Source: an uncultured Methanosarcinales archaeon
GTDB lineage: Archaea > Nanobdellota > Nanobdellia > Woesearchaeales > JAGWAF01
Direction: 5' to 3'
DNA length: 64,000 nt
Assembly: GCA_964359785.1 (NCBI GenBank)
Contig: CAYHWL010000001.1
Span: 2,422-66,421, forward strand
Part shown: one piece after another, positions 8,892 to 18,700 of the stretch
How the letters are laid out: every line of letters begins with the position of its first letter
Position numbering within the stretch: the stretch's first letter is position 1
Position numbers and translations under genes: made by a program
The notes under the pieces: model-generated
Told to the model about the DNA's origin: nothing
Databases searched by the model: none
What the model saw: the letters and a program-made list of their open reading frames with translations, nothing else

Positions 8892-9353
8892 TCATCGCTT
8901 GTACGCCCAGTCAGCGGCTTGCGGGCTGGAGAGGAAATCATGCTCTTTTAGGGAGTCTATCACATAATGGGTCACTTTGTTGCGGATACCGTACTGTCTC
9001 TCCAATAGGTCAAAGAGATTTTCGACCTCTTTCACATTGGAGAATATCCCTTCGAAGAGGAAGTCATACCCATTGTTTATCCTCCATAGATTATTGACGT
9101 GGGGATGGCCCATCAAGAATTGTTTCACGTCCTCTTTGTCCTTTGCGCGCACTGATAGCAGCACATATGCCCTTGTGGAGAATCCTATCATGGAAAAATC
9201 AGGCACTGCGGTGAATTTCTTGATGAATTTCTGTTTTGTTAGCCTCTCGTATAGTGTCGACACAGGTATCCCTGTGAGCTTGCTCATCTCGGTGAGTTGT
9301 ATCCGGGCATTGTTGCGTAGATGGCATAGCATTATTAGGTCTTTTTTGTTCAT
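8892..9353 (-). CDS. Lrp/AsnC family transcriptional regulator
   Basis: DLIMLCHLRNNARIQLTEMSKLTGIPVSTLYERL HTH; RINNGYDFL RAM domain. Confidence 0.9.
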   Translation of the reverse strand: MNKKDLIMLCHLRNNARIQLTEMSKLTGIPVSTLYERLTKQKFIKKFTAVPDFSMIGFSTRAYVLLSVRAKDKEDVKQFLMGHPHVNNLWRINNGYDFLFEGIFSNVKEVENLFDLLERQYGIRNKVTHYVIDSLKEHDFLSSPQAADWAYKR

Positions 9354-9475
9354 GGGAGCACCTCAAGTTCAGTCGGTGCTTTTGGACCTGATAATCCTTG
9401 GCCTTATACCTTATAAGATACCTTATACATATATATTTCGAGAAAATTTATATACTTACAGGAAATTGAGCTCTC

Positions 9476-10402
9476 ATGCGTAGACATGCGATTCAATTGG
9501 CGAAGAATACTCTGGTGGTCTCTCTTCCTTCGGATTGGGTGAAGCAAAACGGCATCAAGAAAGGGGATTCCTTGAATATCGAGAGCAAAGGGAATCAGTT
9601 GATAATCGCTGGAGAGGGAAAAAAGGCGGTGACAAGCGTCCTGCTAGACACCAAAGGTTTGAATGAACGGAGCCTGCGATGGGCATTCTCCTCTCTGCAA
9701 AAACAAGGTGTTGATGAGATTGAGGTCAGACCTATCTCTCCATTGATAATCAAGCTCTCTCAAGAGATCGTGAGGGATCTCTTTGTCGGGTTTGCGATTG
9801 TGTCGCAAAAAGACAACTCTCTTCTGATCCGCAAGATCTCAAAGGACGCGGTGGATCAGTTCGGCGCCATCATGCGTAGGGCTTTTCTTGTCACTGTGTC
9901 TCTTGCCGAAGGGTTCGCTGATGCGCTTGAACGTGGGGATTTCGAAGAAGCCAGATCTCTGGGATATCTAGAGAAGACGAATAATCAGTTGACGAATTTC
10001 TGTCAGCGATTGATCAATCGGGGTGAAGCTGGTGTTGGATATTCTTCATTCTATTATGTCATTCTCTGGAACATGGAGAAGATAGCTGACGAATACAAAG
10101 CCATGAGTCTCCTCTTGCCAAAAAAGCCAAATATCAGTCCAGGTATGGCTAAGTCCCAAAAGGGGGTTGCAGCGCTGGTAAGGGGGTATTATGATGTTTT
10201 TTATGAAGGGGATGCAAGACAGCTCGGTTTGCTTTCTGAGAGGAAAGCGGCCCTGGAGCAGTCACTTCTCCTTCTGCTGGAGAGGCAGGACAAGACACAG
10301 AGATTGCTTGCGCATCATCTTCTTGATATTGTCTCAAGACTGCAGGATTTCTCCGCCAGTTTCATGACGGTTCGTGGTCTTTTTCAAGTTCAAGAGCTAT
10401 GA
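9476..10402 (+). CDS. AbrB-PhoU phosphate uptake regulator-like protein
   Basis: TLVVSLPSDWVKQNGIKKGD AbrB domain followed by PhoU-like helical repeats (MEKIADE). Confidence 0.8.
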   Translation: MRRHAIQLAKNTLVVSLPSDWVKQNGIKKGDSLNIESKGNQLIIAGEGKKAVTSVLLDTKGLNERSLRWAFSSLQKQGVDEIEVRPISPLIIKLSQEIVRDLFVGFAIVSQKDNSLLIRKISKDAVDQFGAIMRRAFLVTVSLAEGFADALERGDFEEARSLGYLEKTNNQLTNFCQRLINRGEAGVGYSSFYYVILWNMEKIADEYKAMSLLLPKKPNISPGMAKSQKGVAALVRGYYDVFYEGDARQLGLLSERKAALEQSLLLLLERQDKTQRLLAHHLLDIVSRLQDFSASFMTVRGLFQVQEL

Positions 10403-13190
10403 CTTGGAGATTTCCGGCATACGCATCCTCATCGCTAATCATGGAGATGATTCTTGCCCCGTTATGCAGGACTTCTCTTCGTTTTGGCCGCATTGATTCG
10501 CGGTTTGGGCTGCTCCATGCTCCGCACAATGCGACTGCGCGATAATGTATAGCTCCTTGCAGTGATTGTAGGTAATCATCGCTCCTTATCTCGGGACAGA
10601 ACATCTCATGGTGGTTCTTCGCCGCGTCCATCACGATTTTATAGTCGATATCTTGATCAAAGAGAAGAAGATTTGCGATATCGCAAGTGGCAGGAAGCGT
10701 CTCGTATGCGTTTTGCATATCTATCTTCACCGGTTTTTCTCCCATGATGAAATTCATTGGATGTGCGTCTTGGTTTGGCGCGGGAGGACATTTCATCAAC
10801 TGCTCTATGATATAAGATGACATTCTCTTTGTCTGCGCATTGATATCCCGATTTATTTCAAGCCCATCTATCCTTCGATGATACGATTCCGATATATCCC
10901 TGGGTTTCACGCCAGGCACTGGCAATGAATGCAGTTCTGCCAAAAAGAGTGATATCCGATTGTACTCATCACCCACTTGCCTGGATTGTATCATCTCATA
11001 CATTGTCTTTCCATTCTCAAAATGCGTGAGCAGTAATGGTGATTTGCCTTGTATCACATTGATTGGACGGACGACTTTCCCATTCCGAAATTCATTATGA
11101 TGATAATGTTTAGACAGCATAAGCTCCCTGCATGCCTCATCCATGGATGCCATCTCCTTGAGCATGAACGACGCCCCTTTTTTGCTGGTATAGTGTGCCA
11201 CTCTATGGCTGCATTCACTTAGTGAATCGCAGGCGAATTCCGAATTGGCGGCTATCTTCACCGCTGCGATGCCCAGGAGAGTGTTCGAATATTGCTCGTC
11301 ATATTTTGCCATGACGGCGCCTTCGATCAGATATGCTTCGGTGCTATGCCCCATTAGAAGTATCAACTGATCCGTGTATTTTCTGATATCAGGCAGGCTA
11401 TTTCCCATGACAGCGGTGTATTGCGCGGCTAAAAGATTGTGCAGATCCGGTTTTCTAGCCAGGTTTATGCCCCTTCTATTTATCAAATTGAAGAATATAT
11501 CCGTAGTTTTGTTGACAAGAGTGGATCCGTCGAATCCATGCCTAAATGATCGTTCATACGCTTCTATATCTGGCAGTTCATTTGTGTCCGCGACGGTTTC
11601 AGTGAGATAAGGGCGCATCTCATCCGGGACATTCATAAGCTCATTGGATGTTGGGATTCCAGATTTATCCTTTTTGAAAGCGCGTTTCCATATATGGAGA
11701 AAGCTTGTCAATCTTGGTTTCCGGCAATTAGCTCCAAACATCAGCATAGGATGGATAAGATAAGCCCCGGCTAATCCATAAGCGAGGGCTGGAATAGTTA
11801 TCTCCAAAGCAAAAACAGGGCTTGCGCTTGAGATCTCAATAGCTCTACGGAATAGTCCAAGGCTGAGGTATCCTCCAAAACACAGAGCGCTTGTCAGGGG
11901 ATGGTCGGTTATCACATCGATAGGCAGACTCAATGTTCTCTCTAAACATTCTGCTGACAGAGCGTCTCTTGTATCCGCCCTCCGATTGGATCTCAATAGG
12001 TATCCAGCGGATAATGCTATCATTATTGTTGGCAGTATCTGTTTCCATGGAGGAGGGATCTTGACTGTCTTTGGAGTGAGTTGTGTATGTTTGCCATTGA
12101 CGATGTCTATGGAATAGATAAGTCCATCACGATTGTCTATGTGACTGCCGCACAATACCGCTAGGTTTCTCCCGTCTAACCACTTATAGGGCCTCTCATC
12201 ATGATGGAGGGGAGTGAGTCTTCTTATGGCCCCCTCATTTTCATAGATAAGGATCTCGTTCATGTGGGTATCCCATTTCTTGATCAAGACCACCGCGTCA
12301 TGGTTTATGGGATTGTGTAAGATTGAGAGGATTCTGCCAGGCAGATTCTCTCTTTTTATCGAGTCGCCTATCCGTTTTGCCAATACATTCTTTTCTGCAT
12401 ACCATATCTGCTTGCCGTCGCTAGATATGCTGGCGCATGCGGGTCTTGGAGAGATATTTTGCCTCATCTCTAATCCATTCGCGCAGATCTCATATACTGC
12501 CATAGAACTCTCCTTGGAAAATAGGGCGAATGATCGTGGGCCATGCCGGATGACATCTTCAAGTTTTCCGAGATTTGCACCTATCTGACGGGTGTGATTT
12601 GGCCCAAGTATAGCTATCGAGTCATCAGCATGCTGTGCCAAGAAAAGATCAGTCCCTATAAGGTAGGCATTGGAGATCTCTTTTGTCGAGCGCACAATCT
12701 CCCCGTCATCTAGTCGTATCAATCGGCCTTTTGCCCCATCGGTCTCATGTGAATTGAGAAGAAGGTATTTTTCAGAGAACACTTTGGATGATCCATCTGG
12801 ATTCTTGAGCTCCTTTCTTGTTCCTTTCTCTAGGTTTGACAATGCGCAAGAAGACCCGTCAAAGGATTGTGTGATTACTGATTTGCCATCTAAAGAGACC
12901 AAGGAGGCCATCTCTTCTATTCCTAGCGGAGTGATGTTTCTGATACCCGAATCAGTGAGCTCATAGACAGATCTCTTGCCGTGAGCATCTTCCATGGCGC
13001 ACAGATGTCTAGAAAGGTCACTGCTGTACAAAGATAGATTATTTGGCGTCTGTCTATACATCCTCAATGCGGCACTTCTCTTGGGATCACGGTCATTAGA
13101 CCCCCATGCCAAACCAGCCACAACCGCCCCAGATAATAGAGCGTCCCGAATTCCCCGTCTTGCCCCCCATACTTTCTCCCATAGGCTCAT
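10362..13190 (-). CDS. membrane protein with beta-propeller-like N-terminus and C-terminal APH/kinase-like domain
   Basis: SxDGK-type blades, about 3 central TM helices, LAELH / QDAHPMNF / KIDMQ / CDIANL motifs. Confidence 0.6.
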   Translation of the reverse strand: MSLWEKVWGARRGIRDALLSGAVVAGLAWGSNDRDPKRSAALRMYRQTPNNLSLYSSDLSRHLCAMEDAHGKRSVYELTDSGIRNITPLGIEEMASLVSLDGKSVITQSFDGSSCALSNLEKGTRKELKNPDGSSKVFSEKYLLLNSHETDGAKGRLIRLDDGEIVRSTKEISNAYLIGTDLFLAQHADDSIAILGPNHTRQIGANLGKLEDVIRHGPRSFALFSKESSMAVYEICANGLEMRQNISPRPACASISSDGKQIWYAEKNVLAKRIGDSIKRENLPGRILSILHNPINHDAVVLIKKWDTHMNEILIYENEGAIRRLTPLHHDERPYKWLDGRNLAVLCGSHIDNRDGLIYSIDIVNGKHTQLTPKTVKIPPPWKQILPTIMIALSAGYLLRSNRRADTRDALSAECLERTLSLPIDVITDHPLTSALCFGGYLSLGLFRRAIEISSASPVFALEITIPALAYGLAGAYLIHPMLMFGANCRKPRLTSFLHIWKRAFKKDKSGIPTSNELMNVPDEMRPYLTETVADTNELPDIEAYERSFRHGFDGSTLVNKTTDIFFNLINRRGINLARKPDLHNLLAAQYTAVMGNSLPDIRKYTDQLILLMGHSTEAYLIEGAVMAKYDEQYSNTLLGIAAVKIAANSEFACDSLSECSHRVAHYTSKKGASFMLKEMASMDEACRELMLSKHYHHNEFRNGKVVRPINVIQGKSPLLLTHFENGKTMYEMIQSRQVGDEYNRISLFLAELHSLPVPGVKPRDISESYHRRIDGLEINRDINAQTKRMSSYIIEQLMKCPPAPNQDAHPMNFIMGEKPVKIDMQNAYETLPATCDIANLLLFDQDIDYKIVMDAAKNHHEMFCPEIRSDDYLQSLQGAIHYRAVALCGAWSSPNRESMRPKRREVLHNGARIISMISDEDAYAGNLQVIALELEKDHEPS

Positions 13191-13228
13191 AGATGGAAAA
13201 AATCTGATTTAGCTTAAAAAGATGGACT

Positions 13229-13723
13229 TTAGGCGTCACAGATGTCAAGGGTCACTCTTATCGGGAGATTGCCCCCCAGTGACGCGGGGATTATCTGGCT
13301 CGCTTGGTCTTTTGTCCCTTTGCATTGTTTGCCAAGGGGTGTGTCTATGTCTCTTACGCCAGTTATTGTCAGATAGTACTGCTTGTTTTCTGGTACAAGT
13401 GCGATTTCTAGGACTTGTTTGTTTAGCACTGCGTTGATATATTGACAGCTGTTGTCCCCTCTGATATTCCCGATGTCGCTTGTGCATTTCGCCAATCGCT
13501 CACCTGCGCAGTCTTGCAGCAGTTGTCTAAATGTATTTTTTTGACAGCCTGTGGTGGTGCCAAGCATTGTGTTGAGGAAGCTTGCTGCGAGTCTTTTTTG
13601 TTCATATCCGTGCTGGATATTCTCTGTGGGTTTGTTGATGATAGAAAGCGCGAACAATACCCCCAGGCTCACGAGTATCACTATGATCGCAAGCCCCATT
13701 ATCTCCATCTGTCCCCTACGCAT
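13229..13723 (-). CDS. pilin-like protein, class III signal peptide
   Basis: MRRG|QMEIMGLAIIVILV. Confidence 0.8.
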   Translation of the reverse strand: MRRGQMEIMGLAIIVILVSLGVLFALSIINKPTENIQHGYEQKRLAASFLNTMLGTTTGCQKNTFRQLLQDCAGERLAKCTSDIGNIRGDNSCQYINAVLNKQVLEIALVPENKQYYLTITGVRDIDTPLGKQCKGTKDQASQIIPASLGGNLPIRVTLDICDA

Positions 13724-14213
13724 AGATCCTCACCTTTAGTATTCCAAATGAGTATGTCTTCTTTGCGCTGTCCTGTATCAATACTGGGATGACGCTGGGT
13801 ATCACGGATGTGGCATTCGCCAGTTTGTTGTTGTATAATTGATAGGTATGCCTGTTGGGGTATATCTCTTCGATTGTGACATTCGTATTGCGAAAGACAG
13901 TGTAGTACTGTTCGCGTAAGGTAGCATTATTGTTCAATAACCATGTGAAATTGGCTATCTTGGCTTTATCAAAGCATCTCTCCACCTGTTCCCCTACCCT
14001 GATACAATCCAGTTCTGGGATAGTGCTTATTTTCTGCGAAAGCACTATTGTCTGCAATTGAAGCTCCCGTTCGTAGTCTTTTCCTGCCTGTGCTTTAGAT
14101 ATCAAAAAGTAGAATGAAAGCCCAAATGCGATGAGGAAAAAGAATATGATGAGGACTGCGATAGTCTCAAACATCTGTATCTGCCCTTTTCTTGTGGTTA
14201 TCACGGTTGCCAT
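13716..14213 (-). CDS. pilin-like protein, class III signal peptide
   Basis: RKG|QIQMFETIAVLIIFFFL. Confidence 0.8.
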   Translation of the reverse strand: MATVITTRKGQIQMFETIAVLIIFFFLIAFGLSFYFLISKAQAGKDYERELQLQTIVLSQKISTIPELDCIRVGEQVERCFDKAKIANFTWLLNNNATLREQYYTVFRNTNVTIEEIYPNRHTYQLYNNKLANATSVIPSVIPVLIQDSAKKTYSFGILKVRIYA

Positions 14214-14214
14214 C

Positions 14215-15240
14215 TTAGTATATCTCCGGACAGCTTTTCCTGATGTATTCCAGTGACATGGTGGATAATTTGCTTATGTCTCCTGTGATATTGGTGGCGT
14301 CAGTGGCGACGCGCGCATGCCAAGCGAGTGTTTGCAGTGCGTTCACAGGCATGTCATAGTTCATGCCGCATAGATCTTTGTTATTGAATGATTCTGCTCG
14401 CATGGAATAGATATCTGCAAGTGATGCCAGCCGGATATACGCTTCTCTCATGTTGCATGCGTATTGTTTGAAATCTTCGGTGAATATCGCGGCCAGCAGA
14501 TCTCCATCGCTTGCGAATTGTCGGTTTCCTGCCGCGTTCCAGTTGCCGTATTTGTCTTTTGCGAACCAGTATACCGCCTTATGGTCCATATCTATATTGA
14601 GACAGCTGTAATCCTGTCCTTCAAGGGTTGCCATGGTGGGGATATCCTTTGTGCATCCGCCTTGTCCTTGCAACAAGAAGAACACCAGCCTCAATTTTCC
14701 ACCGTCATTGCGTATGTTCTTGGCTCGGTTTACGGCGTCAAGTCCCGTGGCGTTGGCTCTGTTGATGTTGTCTGGGATCATAGATAGTATCCTTCGTATT
14801 TCTGGTGTCAATACTGGTACGGCCATGACGTATTTCACACGTTGATTGGTGGCTATCAAGAAATTCGTCACGCGGAATGGCGCGGCCCAATCGACTGAAT
14901 AGAGCACCATGTTTGGTCCTGTGATTGTTTTGGGCCCAAAGATCAAGGTATCCCCAAACTCCTTTGTTATCGACCCGATGCGGTATCTGCAATCACAGTC
15001 TTCGCAGGAGAAATCGACATCGAGTTCTGGGAATTCGATGAGTTGCGCTGTCCCTTTGGCGGTCTGGGCTCCAGCGGCGATTGCGGAGAGGTCAGATATC
15101 AGGCTCTCTGCGCTTGATTGCTCACTTGCGGTTTTTTGTTTTTGTATGAATCCAAAGAAGGTGATTAGTATTATTCCCCCTGCGATCAGGATAAATACCC
15201 AGTTGATGGGTACTTCTAATTGCCCGGCTCGGTTATTCAT
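14215..15240 (-). CDS. pilin-like protein, class III signal peptide
   Basis: MNNRAG|QLEVPINWVFILIAGG; ATGA overlap at 15237-15240. Confidence 0.8.
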   Translation of the reverse strand: MNNRAGQLEVPINWVFILIAGGIILITFFGFIQKQKTASEQSSAESLISDLSAIAAGAQTAKGTAQLIEFPELDVDFSCEDCDCRYRIGSITKEFGDTLIFGPKTITGPNMVLYSVDWAAPFRVTNFLIATNQRVKYVMAVPVLTPEIRRILSMIPDNINRANATGLDAVNRAKNIRNDGGKLRLVFFLLQGQGGCTKDIPTMATLEGQDYSCLNIDMDHKAVYWFAKDKYGNWNAAGNRQFASDGDLLAAIFTEDFKQYACNMREAYIRLASLADIYSMRAESFNNKDLCGMNYDMPVNALQTLAWHARVATDATNITGDISKLSTMSLEYIRKSCPEIY

Positions 15241-15791
15241 TGTTCTTCTTGCCATTTGCCAACTTGTGTGGTCTTTCCAAGTCCCTCCAGACGCAAAGAG
15301 ACTGTTGATGACTCTATATTGTCTATGCAGAAGAATCCTTGGTTCTCAAGGACTGTTAGTGGCCCCACACGGATCTGTGTCTCGCTTGCGGGTTTGAGGA
15401 ATATGTTCTGGTCGCTTCCGCTTCGTACGGCGTCAGCCATTAGCGCGCTTTGGTTTTCAGCCAGGAAATCTACGCGGGTCTTGTATGTGTTAGGGCCTGT
15501 CTGTATCTGGGAGTCTGTGTAGCTACTTCCCTGGAACATCCTGTTATCGACAAAGCATATGGTCTCAAAACCAGGGCATAGCGTCAAGTCCATCCTGCGC
15601 ACGGTCCCGACAGATGCGGTCACTCGTTCTATCTGATTTTTGAGCGTGTTTTGCGTTTCTATCACGCAGACTTGACTTTTCATCTCTCCAAGAGTGGAGA
15701 TAGACCGATATCCATAGAGGAGGATCATGGCGAATATTATCGCGCCTAATACAAACAGTAACGCTTGTCCTAGTATCTGGGCACGTCTCAT
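15237..15791 (-). CDS. pilin-like protein, class III signal peptide
   Basis: MRRA|QILGQALLFVLG. Confidence 0.8.
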   Translation of the reverse strand: MRRAQILGQALLFVLGAIIFAMILLYGYRSISTLGEMKSQVCVIETQNTLKNQIERVTASVGTVRRMDLTLCPGFETICFVDNRMFQGSSYTDSQIQTGPNTYKTRVDFLAENQSALMADAVRSGSDQNIFLKPASETQIRVGPLTVLENQGFFCIDNIESSTVSLRLEGLGKTTQVGKWQEEQ

Positions 15792-18700
15792 TTTCTCCTC
15801 TTCACAGCTGGTTTCTTCCAGGTCTCAAATTGCTTTTGGATCAGGTCTTTGTTCTTTTCCCAATATGCCGCGGTGATCCGGAGTTTCTTGAATAGTTCTT
15901 CAAGGTCTTTCTTGCTTAACTTGCCTTTGCGTGCCAGATCCAATTTTTTCTTTAGCTCTTCACGTTCAGAATCGGTGAATCTCATCAAGGCCATGTTCTC
16001 CAGTGCCTGCATTTCAGGTGATAATGTGCTCTCTTCTCCTTTTGAGATGCCGCTAAAGCTTCTTAATTTACCAAATGCGCTTGTGTCAGGAGCGGCTTCT
16101 TTTTTGCCCAGTTTGCCTACAGCGATGTACTCCTCTTTTCCGGCGCCAGCCGTCCGTGTTGTCACGCTTGATTCGGGCAGGTTCTTTGCCATTCTTCCTG
16201 TTTCGGGTGGTGTTGTCATGCCAGAGCTAAGGTCCAGCTTTGGCATTTGCTCTTTTTTCTTCTCTTTATTCACTACATTTGAAGCGTTTTTAGTCCATAG
16301 GTAATAGAAGATGAATCCTCCTATGATGATTATGCTTGCTGTGAGTATCCATTTTGCCCAGTCGAAAGCTGGTGTGCTTGTGGCGTCGGTTGGATTGCTT
16401 CCCCCTATTATTTCTGCGCCATCGTGGTAGCCGTCTCCGTCTGTGTCAGAATTTGTGGGGTCCACAAATGATCCTGTCCTGTGGTAATAGTTGTATTCAT
16501 CCAGGTTTGTTGCGCCGTCTCCATCCGAGTCTTCCATAGCATCAGCGCTGTTCTTTGGATCAAATCCATATTTGCTCTCCCACCAATCAGGCACGCCATC
16601 TCCATCGGAATCAGGCGGTATGCTATTTGGGTCAGCTGGATTCGAGCCGGCAAGCACTTCTTCGCCATCTAGGTAGCTGTCTCCATCAGTGTCATTCTTG
16701 TGAGGATCCATATCTTGGCCGTTCTGGTTGAAGTGGTTGTATTCTTCCAGGTTTGTGAGACCGTCGCCGTCTGGATCTCCTGTCGCGTCATTAGGGTCGT
16801 TTGGATCAAGGTTATATTTTTTCTCCCACCAGTCAGGCATGCCATCCATATCTGTATCTTTGTCATCGCGTGGATAGCTTTTGCTGTCTGTCGGGTCTGT
16901 CCCGGCGTCGATCTCTGCCTTATCATTGAATCCATCCCCGTCGGTGTCAGCTTTGTTTGGGTCTATCTCTTTTCCGACCGTCTTAAGATACCTATACTCG
17001 GCGAAGTTACTTAGGCCGTCATTGTCATTGTCGAGATTTGCGTCCAAAGGATCGTTTGGATTGAGTCCATGCGCGCGTTCCCAATCATCGGGCATTCCGT
17101 CTCCATCGCTATCGACGTCGCTTGGTCTGCTGTTTGGGTCTATGGGGTTGGTGTTGGCTTTTACTTCAAGGCCATCAGGCGCCCCATCGCCATCGGTGTC
17201 CGCTTTTTTGGGGTTTATGTCTCTATTGTTGTCTTTGAAATAATTGTATTCTTCAAGATTGGTCATTCCATCCCCATCTGAATCCATACTTGCATCGCTG
17301 GCAGAATTAGGATTGAGGCCGTATTTTATCTCCCACCAATCAGGCATGCCATCTGCGTCCGAATCCTTGCCAGAGTCTTGGCAAGTGTGCGTGTCTGCTA
17401 TGGTTATCATGCATGCAAGTCCGCTGCCGCAATCGCTTGTTGTCTTGCATTGCAGGCCGTCTCCGCATTTTGTGGGGCACGCCCCTCCGCAATCAGTGTC
17501 GGTTTCTGTGCCATCTGTCGCATTATTCTCGCATCGGGGTGTCGCTTGACAGATGCCATAGGTGCATCGGCCGCCATTGCAGTCAGAGTCGTAGATACAG
17601 CTTGAGATATTGCGGCATTCGTCAAGGGTGCGGCAAGTGCGGTTTGGACGACTAGTGTCGTTGGATATCACAACAATTGTCCCATTTGACAGCACGATAG
17701 TGTTGTTATATGTCACAACAATTGTACCATTTGGCAGCACGGTAACAACAGGACACGCGCTGCAGCTTCCACCGCAATCTATTGCGGTTTCATCGCCGTT
17801 TCTTGCGCCATCTGTGCAGGAGACTGTCCTGCATATTCCGCCTAAGCATGAGGAGTTTAGACAATCCCAATTTACCGAACATCGCAAACCGTCTTTGCAC
17901 CCTAGGCAATTTCCGCCGCAATCAGTGGCTGTCTCTCTGCCGTCTGTTCGGTTATTGGAACACGTGAGTGGGCGTGAGGCGTTGTCTATTCTGACACCTG
18001 TTGACCGCATGATTGAGGAGTTTCTGCCAGCTCTATCTACTGCCTGCATCTCGAAGTAATAGCTCTCTGTGTTTCTAAGAGTTAGTCCTGTGACGACATT
18101 CGCGTGTTCAGGATTATTCTCACTCACTGGACCTCGTATGGCTGATCCGTTCTGGGCTCTTAGAGTATATGTATATCGGACTATTCCAGTATCCGGATCG
18201 CTTCCGTTATACCATAACGGCAGTCTGTCAAAGTCCGCGCTCACTTGAGAGTCTTCGAATTGTGTGCTGTCATTCACGATTAACATTGTGGGATCGCGCA
18301 AGTCGATCCAAAAATCAGTATTTACCTCTCCAGTCTCCGGTACTCCGCTTATCACGGTATTGCCTAGTGTCCTGCAGTTTGTCCGGGTGTTATGTCGTCC
18401 GCCGGAATTGACATCGAAATTGGTTGTGAGGTTGTGGACTTGGCTTCCGGCGCTCTCTGTGAGACGCACCACAGTGTCTATGGCAAATGAGCAGGTAGCG
18501 TCTTTATTAGATCCTATAGAGAATAATGCGGTGGGTATCCCAAATATCTTTCCGCTGGGAGTGTAATCAGTCAAGATGAACTGTCTGCCGGGGTCTACCC
18601 TAAATAGGATTGTGGCGCCAACTGATCCAAGACCTGATGCGCTCTTGCACGCGACCCGATAAGTATAGCTTCCTACATTTCCCACTGTCAGGTCTGTGAT

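Noticed and set aside
16380..17370. DNA-level repeats as an array
   Set aside because: Explained by protein-coding DxDGDG repeats with synonymous divergence
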